From assembly GCA_030141605.1 (NCBI GenBank), contig JAQGDQ010000346.1, positions 39,742-103,741 of the forward strand: a DNA stretch of 64,000 nt, in the 5' to 3' direction. Of the stretch, positions 25,301-33,297 are shown piece by piece. Positions within the stretch are counted from its first letter, which is position 1; every line of letters begins with the position of its first letter. The stretch is from Tubiluchus corallicola. Taxonomy: Eukaryota; Animalia; Priapulida. Made by a program: the position numbers and the translations under genes. The notes under the pieces are model-generated. The model was not told the DNA's origin. It did no database searches and was given only the letters and a program-made list of their open reading frames with translations.

Positions 25301-28300
25301 CGTCCGCTATATGTACGCATCAAACGACGTTACGCCTTGCGGAATTGATATGAGGTCAGTATACATGGCTAATGACGCCATTTTGCCCAAAATTTCCCCA
25401 ATATATATACAATAGGCACAACCAGGGCCTGATTATCCATTAAGCTAGTGTAAGCTGCGCTGTGTTAATAATAAGCTAAGCCCTCAAGCTTTGGTAACAT
25501 TTGGTAAAAAAAATCTGTTTTTTATTACATTGTATTGAAATGTGCTAATTTAATTGCAATAAAATAATAGTGAAATAGTGGCATTTCTTAAAGAATACTT
25601 TTGTTGACAAACAAAAGGTAGCTATACCAGCTTATTTAAAGAATTTGCAATAAGTTTATTTCAAGCTATATATATATATGTCACTAAGATATATCATGAG
25701 TAAAAAAATATTTAAGACGGATGCGAGGGCTAGTGAGAGGGTGGCTACGGCTGAGAGGGCCCCATAATCTCAAAAACCTAGGAGTCCTAAAAGGTCATAA
25801 TCCGGTCCTGGGTATAGCGTAAAAGACTTATAGAGCCTAAAAGGCTAGCCTACAGGTTAAAAGGTTTATCCGCCCATCCACGCCCATCTCATTTTCTATG
25901 CGCAACAAAGTCATTCGTTCTTGTTTTCAGAAATTTTCCGTTTGATGAACAAATATGTGAATTAAAATACGGAGCGGCTACTATTGGTATAAACCTGATG
26001 GACTTGACGCCTCTTACGACAGTGACCAATGTTACCATCTTTGACAAAAGATTTAACACGGAATGGGAGGTACTTGACAATCGAAATGATCAAGTTGCGC
26101 TATTTTGATCAAGTGTAAATAAGAAATTTTGGAAACATTTGATTATGAAAGTAAAAATTTTATAGAGGCGCACAAGCATGCGAAATTAACTAGAACATTT
26201 AAAAATTAGCTACAACTTTTTATATACTTAGAACATCACGCATTTGTTGACGTTAACATGCTCCATTGTTTAATTTTAGATATTGAACAATTCCCTAACT
26301 GTGTCGAGGCATATTGCGAAGTACTCTTGTTGCGAGGAAGATTTTCCGGATATCCGGTTCACTCTACGTATCAAACGTAGACCAAAGTACTACGTGTTTT
26401 CCTTGATGGCTCCGACACTACTTTTGTGTTTTGTTGCCATTATTGGGCTTTTTTCGCCGTCTGCTTCCTCAGGTAATCTCCTGCTTTGTAATATGCGCAT
26501 TTTGAGCTCTGCGGGAAAGTTTAAAAGCAAAACCGGACCCAATGTTAAACTGCAGGTCAAAACAACCTAGTCTTTAAAATATTGAAAGGAAACGTGCTAT
26601 TTCTTCCAAGAATAATTTCCGTGAAAGAATTATTACCCACACAAACGCAATTGCGCGTTCGCGCCACTAGTTCTTCGCTGTTACATGCATTTGCCATTTG
26701 CTAGTTAGACGTGCACTAGCGCCTGCATTTCGGAAAGCGTTGCACAAAAAACAGGTGTTGTACCTCTCGGTTCAGATATGTTAATTTGTAACGAACTGCA
26801 CAGATTCCACAGCTCATAAGTGAGTACAGCGGTAAATTTGAAATTTGAATTTTTATTTTAAAACTTGCCTAGCTTTAGTATAACGTACTGAATATTTTAC
26901 AGTAGCACTGTACTTCAATTTTCGCTTTCGCGACACGGTCATGGAATGTTTTTGGTGTTGAAAACTATGTTAGTTTGTGATGTCATCACTACTATGCCTC
27001 GCCTGCCGTTAATTAAGATTTTCACCTATGACTTAATCATCAGAAATGCCTTTGTAATATTATTGATGTTAAAATGTATACTTTTGCCGTACCTGAAAAT
27101 GGGGTAGTGATATGAAAAATAATCCGGTCTTTTTGTAACCTTAATGTGTCTAAAATGTATCAACTCCCTGAGTCTGTCGGTGGTGCAAACTTGGTCTGTG
27201 TTCGAATCAGCAAACTTTTAAAAAACGCTTAAAGGATGTTAATCTTAATAATCATTTATTTTTTAACAGGCCCACGTAAGTAGCCTTGGCTCTTTGTGCT
27301 TTTATCCGTAATCTTTTAACTAGCCATTTTTATCTGTAAATTTTCGTCTGTGTTTTATCCTGGTTTCATATTTTATTCTTTCTTGTAAATATTTTTAATA
27401 TTTTTTAATAAAGATTACGCATCAAACTAAACTAAACTAAACTAAATTTACCTATATGGCATTAACGTAATTTTTCGCCTTAACGCAAGAGCCTCCTTTG
27501 TCACTCAAGAATACGTGTAACAATTATTCAGATGCCTTGGGAAGGAGGCATGTATGCCGGCGTATTAGCTGGAATAAAATTAATGGGGAATATTCATTAT
27601 AAAAAAGACAATTATTGAGGCTGATCAATAAAGAGTTGGACCAAGCATGGCTAATTTCATTCCTCCGAGTCGATGAAGACATGTACCTAACGCTGCTTAT
27701 ACAATGTAGAAACTCTGCTAAGTATTTTAGACTGAAAAGGTATGCGAGCACTGCCTCGCTTCAATTTTAATATAACAAAGAAAAGATTGCGGTAACTGTC
27801 AGTAGTTTTATCTCTCAGAGACAAAACATAGTACTAGTAACTGACCAAAGCGCAATTTCTTGTTGAACATATTTTCATATGTGGAGAATAAATTAAGATT
27901 GGGAAATGATGAGATAGCGTATTGGTTTGGGGGGGTCTAAAATGTAGGGCGTGTGACATTTTCCATAGGGCCCTGGTTTAAATGCAGGCTCAGTGACAAT
28001 ACTTCCATTAGTTTGTTCCTTTTCTACTTCCAGTATTGTATCTGGCCTCTAAATTAAACAACACTAATTGTGGATTTGTATAATTATTATCTTTAAACTG
28101 CCCATCTGTAACGAATTATCGTTTGTTAATGACAATATTTCGCATGTTTATAATGTTCCCACTGCATCTGATTTAGAAATTAATGCTTGTTATGGTTCCA
28201 CAAATTAATTATGTTTCACGCTTTCTCGTTCTACGTAAATTGCAGGCGAAAGAAGCGAAAGGATCAATTTGGGAATTGCAACACTGTTGGCTATGGTCAT

Positions 28301-29975
28301 TATTCTGATGATGATTACAGATAAAATGCCTACAGCTGCAGAGGCTATTCCACTAATAGGTGACTAGAATTACAGGATTCATTCCACGTGTTAACTGTTT
28401 TTTACAGTTTTGATTTGTATTAGTTATAGTATCTGCAAAAAATAATAAAATAAAACAAGAGCACCTGTACTGGGCTCAAACCCAGGTTTTGATATCCAGT
28501 TTTTCATACAGTTCAACACTTTTTGAACACTTTATCATACAATTTGGCACTCTGCGAGCCGGGACTTATCGTCCAACAATACAACGTTATGCATTGCCGT
28601 TAGGGGCGCTTTACAGTTTAACCAACTACTGTAGTTATAAAAATAAGTAATCACATGAACGCACGAAAGCAATACTAAATTCGACTGTCAGAAAATGTTT
28701 TGCACCTCCACTGGGCTCGAACCCAGGTTTTGATATCCAGTTTTTTATACAGTTCAACACTTTTTCAACACTTTATTATACAATTTGGCACTCTGGGAGC
28801 CAGGACTTATCGTCCAACAATACAACAATATGACCTACTTAATGCAAGTGGTTACGGCATGGCCGAAACCCGTTTCATTGTCAAGGATAGTTTTCCCAGA
28901 TTTTTTTAACAATGTAAATAGCAGAAGTAGTATGGGAAAAAAGCTTCCCAGAAGCATTTCCCGTTAGTCGCCCATCCATTTACTAACCACTGATAAACTT
29001 TGGTTGTTGCTAAACTCATTCCATGACAACCAAAACACTGATTTAGGAGCACGTATAAAGATGTGTAGTCCCATGATGGCTATCTGAACACACTGGCTAT
29101 GAAGTACGTTTAGACCAGCGCCACAAGGCTGCATCTTATGGAAGTCCGTACTAAAAATGTGTACCGGTTGGGTGCATTTTAGTTTTGTTGGTTACTGTTG
29201 AATATTATTCGTTATTCTAAAATACGGTTTTTGGTAAATTTCACTTTTTATTCACCTCCGTTTCGACTTCTTGGCATCAACAAATAAAGGTGTCGTATTT
29301 CGGTTTGCTAAAAGACCGAATTTCGTTCTTTGTTCCCATTTTTCCTTGTTAATAAACCTATAGCAATCGACAGCTTTTAATACAATTTTAAAGGTAGAGC
29401 AATTGATTTATAGCAATGCAATGAAACAATTACACGCCTTTGTGTTTTTAGGCTTGTCCTATTCTACGCTAATAGTCGTGGTTTCAGTAGCAACTTTGTC
29501 AACTATCATCACGATGAAAATAGACATGGCCGGAAATAATGGAAAGCGGCTACCTTTCCTTGTTCGCAAAATCGCATTTGGTATCTTCGCGAGAGTTACG
29601 ATTACAGACGTCTACGCGGGCCTAGAGGAGAGGAAAGAAGCTTGGTCCAAGGAAAAGGCGGCAAGAAAGAAATCTGCTGAAGATGGCGTAAATTCTGCCA
29701 ACAATGCTGACCACCAACCTTCAAAAACTGATAACTCGTATCGTGACGTCATCAAGCGAGAGTGGCGCGCTCTATCGATCATAGTCGATCGTATTTTTAT
29801 GCTGATCTTTCTCACTCTTGTTATATACGTTGCCATGAGCATTGCATTTCCAAGTGTGGTGCCATTACCAAGTGAACAATTGGGTTTCCAGTATTTTCAA
29901 AAGGCAGAGCCGACAGCTGTTCCAGATAATGAAACACAAATTGTCAAAGACGCAGAAGATATGGTCGAATTTTAA
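7283..29975 (+). CDS. Divergent nAChR alpha-like Cys-loop ligand-gated ion channel subunit, paralog B, ~630 aa
   Basis: join(7283-7343,17922-18074,18671-19107,19978-20022,22326-22435,25238-25354,25931-26069,26280-26472,28246-28359,29452-29975). All introns GT-AG with consistent phases; 1893 nt = 630 aa plus stop. Motifs: [36 protein letters not shown], Cys-loop [15 protein letters not shown] (C-x13-C), loop [18 protein letters not shown]1, M2 [22 protein letters not shown]3, [12 protein letters not shown]4. The 45-nt and 110-nt exons match conserved nAChR exon sizes. Confidence 0.92.
8770..9660 (-). mobile_element. Degenerate LINE ORF1-like remnant (coiled coil plus SGNH/GDSL esterase domain)
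   Basis: Minus strand gives a coiled-coil-like [27 protein letters not shown], then LLLGDS (SGNH block I, ~9295-9312) and DGLHLS (block V, ~8813-8830), interrupted by stops and frameshifts. Esterase-type ORF1 is known from CR1/L2-group LINEs. Confidence 0.6.
10606..11246 (-). mobile_element. Solo LTR (Gypsy-like, 4-bp TSD)
   Basis: TG...CA ends with short terminal inverted match (tgttccg / cgcaaca). Flanked by ATAT at 10602-10605 and 11247-11250. TATAAATA on the minus strand at ~11029-11036 with a CCAAT box nearby. Confidence 0.7.
11786..12863. repeat. 30-bp minisatellite, ~36 copies
   Basis: Unit ctctaaataatgagtagcaccagagttagc repeated head to tail with point variants; a 120-bp four-unit block is duplicated at 12601-12720 and 12721-12840. 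Confidence 0.98.
13346..13546. repeat. Compound trinucleotide microsatellite (GAT/GAG/GAA)
   Basis: Runs of gat, gag, gaa and aat; they account for the low-complexity ORFs at 13119-13608. Confidence 0.95.
19142..19376. mobile_element. Tc1/mariner-type MITE remnant
   Basis: Left end TA-cagggtgttccaaaaga; right end tcttttggaacgctcagtg is its degenerate reverse complement. Confidence 0.5.
20071..21113. mobile_element. Non-autonomous hAT-like DNA transposon (~1.04 kb)
   Basis: TIRs caaggctggcag / ctgcctgccttg; many subterminal (ac)cgtac repeats at both ends; 8-bp flanks ctcgtaag / ctctcaag (6 of 8 match, decayed TSD). Confidence 0.75.
22494..23609. mobile_element. Foldback element with ~185-bp near-perfect inverted arms and a third, diverged arm inside
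   Basis: 22494-22681 is the reverse complement of 23430-23609 with few mismatches. 23060-23210 is an older copy oriented like the right arm. Confidence 0.85.
25423..25810. mobile_element. hAT-type MITE in the intron that splits the Cys-loop coding sequence
   Basis: TIRs cagggcctgattat / ataatccggtcctg; 8-bp flanks ggcacaac / ggtatagc differ only by transitions. Confidence 0.65.
27100..27447 (+). mobile_element. 3' end remnant of a CR1/L2-like LINE
   Basis: QLPESV...FKKRLK-like C-terminal ORF2 residues (frameshifted), followed by AATAAA and an (AAACT)n tail at ~27424-27447. Confidence 0.45.
28460..28826. repeat. Two direct copies of a ~125-bp element, 241 bp apart; possibly derived from a tRNA SINE
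   Basis: gcacc..ctgggctc(a/g)aacccaggttttgatatccag...ggacttatcgtccaacaatacaac at ~28461 and ~28702. The minus strand contains a B-box-like GGTTCGAGCCC. Confidence 0.7.
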
Positions 29976-30526
29976 AATTCATGTTACATGTAGTGTATAT
30001 TTACAATCTTATAATATTTTCTTGTTTTTCTAAGTACTCAGTAACAGCTTACCTCTTGATAACTATTTATTCTGATAATTAATGTGTAGAATTGCTATAT
30101 TGTTATGTCAGTGTTATAATTTACGTGATGCAGAACATTCAAATTATGTCATAAAACGCATATATGCCATAGTAAAACTATAGTCCCTATAATTCATACA
30201 ATCTATACATGAATCTATACATTTAGTAGGCTTAGTCAGTAAGCTAGTGCACTTATTGCAAATCACAGGTTACATGAACTGTACGTTATGTACGTTAATT
30301 AAATGCGTGACTTTTCATTTTCGACGAAAGAAAATGTATTTAAGACAAAAAAGATGTGCTTTTCGCTATGTTCATTTTGTGGCTACTTCAATTTATGGAA
30401 ACACTGAACACTTGCGTCAACACTCATGAGAACATTATGAAAAAATAATAATCAGAAACCAAAGCGTTGACTTAAGTACATAAAAAGAAAAAAAAATTAT
30501 AAAAAAGCTTTAAAAAGTACAGCTTG

Positions 30527-32886
30527 CTATGGTGGTTCTAATACAAGGTACACGTGTTCTTCTGTAGATGACATAGTTTGCCCTGCAATAGCAGCAGTGG
30601 ATGCTGGAGTTTTCAAATCTGTTTCTTCCATTATTGGTCCAACACCAGTTGCGTCGTGAAAGGTTCCATAGTTGTGTTTGTCAACTGAAACGTTGCTTTC
30701 TCCTGGTATGTTATAGACATCACGATCACGATCAGCGATGTCACGTTGGTAGTCTAAAACATCACTTTCTTTTATGTATTCATAAACATTAGGTTCATCG
30801 TTTCTTGGGAATGGTGCAGGAGGCCGGTGAACTGGTTTAGGCGTTTCTTGTACAAGTTCTGGTTTCGTGTTGGAGACTGGTTTTGACCTTTTATAAAGAA
30901 TAACAGCAATAGCGAGTAGTAGAACTATGATCGTTACTCCAATCACAGCTCCAAGTGTTATTGCTATTATTTCGCCTGTAAAGCAATAAAACGATGAATT
31001 TTAACTATTTTAAACATTTCATTGACATCAGAACATCATGCAAGCAAGTTCATTTGTTAGCGTTTCACAAAGACAAGTCATACTTTACTCCCCTTCGCAG
31101 GAATGGTTTTGCCCCTGACTAATATCAATGCTGTAAGATAACGGTAACTGAATTAACTGAAACAATGGCTATATTCACAAATCAGGTAATCTACACTGAT
31201 ACAACGCAAGAAATTCAACTGCAAAGCAAATAACAAAAAATTCATGTGGACTTTAAAACTTTAAAACAGTGATTTTAAAACTTTGTTGATCACGCTTACA
31301 AAGTTGGCAATTGATTAGCATTACTAACGAGATGGACAAAAATACAAATTTTTTTGACATAATTTTTTCCTATTGCTGTGCCTAAAAGCTACTCATATTT
31401 CAATTTTTAAATATAGCCTTTAATTTTAATGTTTAACGCTCGTTTTTCTTTTGATTTGCGCAATATTCTTGTTTTGTCGGTTGCCAAATCTGTGGGACCT
31501 CGACAATCTGAAACAGTTTAAATTTCAAAGAGCAGGCATGGGTCCGCTACAAATATCTACATGAGTTTATGTACTAAAACGAGTATTTTAACTGGTAAGA
31601 CGTTTGCCAAATGTAGGAGCTGCAACAGTCGTGGCAAACAAATGGGTAAACAAAATTTGGAGTCGCACTACTCGTCAAAATTTTCCTTCACACGCGCATT
31701 ACAGAAACCAAACTTTTAGTGCTGGATGGAAATAGGTATTTTTAAAAATTTAGTTGATACTGTCTACCCTTGTAGAGGAAGTACAAGACCAATTCCGCGT
31801 CAGCAGTAACAGCGACAAGGATAACAATTTTAGATACCAATATCTTACATAACAAAATCACAGTATTTTGACTTAAACGCCGATAAAATTGTTATTTAAA
31901 TTATGAATATAGTACTAACTTTTTTATTTCTTACCTTTGGACAAATTCGTTTTCGGGTTTTGTTTGTCAAAGTGTGGTTCAAATGAGGAAGGTTTATGTG
32001 AGTCCAGTGACTTGGCCACAGTCGTGGTTTGGCTAACTCTGAGATCACTAACCCGTGGATTGTCGTATTGAAGCGTGCTGCCATCTGCTAGAGAGTTAAT
32101 AAGATGTAAGAATGCTATTAACAAATCTTAGAGTTCAAAGTCTGCAATACAGACACTGGCGATAAGACGATGACAGCAAACATCAACACAACAGCCTGTA
32201 GCTATTGCGGTTTTAACCAAAAAGCTGAATGTAAAGTGGTAAAAAAACTGAAAAATTATTAGGCCATATTATATACCAAATCGGTTGTTTTCATTATTTT
32301 CATGTTGACAAAGTTTTGCTATATTGAATGTATCTATGCACTAAAGCCATAGGCATAAAAATGAATTAAGATGAAAGCTAGAAAATTTCTATAAAACGGT
32401 TAGGTCTAGCGTTGCAATAAATGCACCGCTTTTTGTCCCAGGTATGGCTGAAAAAAAATTGTGAAAAATTGAACTGAGCCTGATTTGAACAAGTGACCTT
32501 AATTTGAGCTACCAGCTCTGCGTGTCACTATACCACAGCCCTTAATTAACGATTAGAACAAATTCTGGTCGTCTAGCATTTTAAGCACCAATTTGCTAAC
32601 GTTATACTGCAGTGATTTTTCAGTTCTATAGGTAGACTGTAAATCTGGTAAAATATAGTTAACATTTTTTTTATAATTATTTGAAATAATAGTAGCAATA
32701 TTGCCCATAAGCTGCAAAGACAAGATACTAAAAAACCACTAAACTTACTTGTTTTTGTTGTTGGAACTACAGTAGATGTGGATAAAAATTTTTTTAAGAA
32801 ACTTGTTGTCGACGTTTTAGGTGACGCTTTTTTGTCTTTGGATTTCTTCTCCTTCATTTTGATTCTTGTCAAAACTATTTTCCAGG
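30527..32886 (-). CDS. Single-pass membrane protein with a Ser/Thr-rich ectodomain and a Tyr-motif cytoplasmic tail; 5' end unresolved
   Basis: Phase-1 exons complement(32749-32886, 31935-32084, 30527-30975), possibly plus a 42-nt exon at ~31089-31130. Last exon encodes TM GEIIAITLGAVIGVTIIVLLLAIAVILY-KRSK, then NVYEYI, DYQRDI, DVYNIP, NYGTF and HVYLVLEPP-stop. The last exon is well supported; the upstream exons less so. Confidence 0.7.
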
Positions 32887-33297
32887 CTGCAATATGGGTT
32901 TGAATATCTCCAAAAGATTATTTTCACGAAGTTTCACGAATTCACTGTTCATTACTGCATTGATAAGTAATAATTAAAACAAAAAAGAACGTTTGCCTTT
33001 ATCTTTCTGACACAAGTTATTTAAACAACAAAATAACATTCTAGTGAGTTTACTGCCAAGAGTTAAGCGAATACTTTATGTTCAAAAATTTTATTTATAG
33101 ATTGGTTTCAAGATTATTACACTTGTAAGTACATCTTTCTATGTATGTAATGCTGTGGACCAATAATCCTCTTAGAATCCGTTAAAACTTCCGGTTTCCT
33201 GCTTTGGCATGACTAGCAGGATATTATTCATCTGACTTATTCGCTGCTTGCTTCGCAACATCCCGCACCCCTCGTCTTGATAATGAGAAAGTCCAAC

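Noticed and set aside
28700-28730. tRNA gene
   Set aside because: Only a B-box/T-arm-like motif; no cloverleaf can be drawn.
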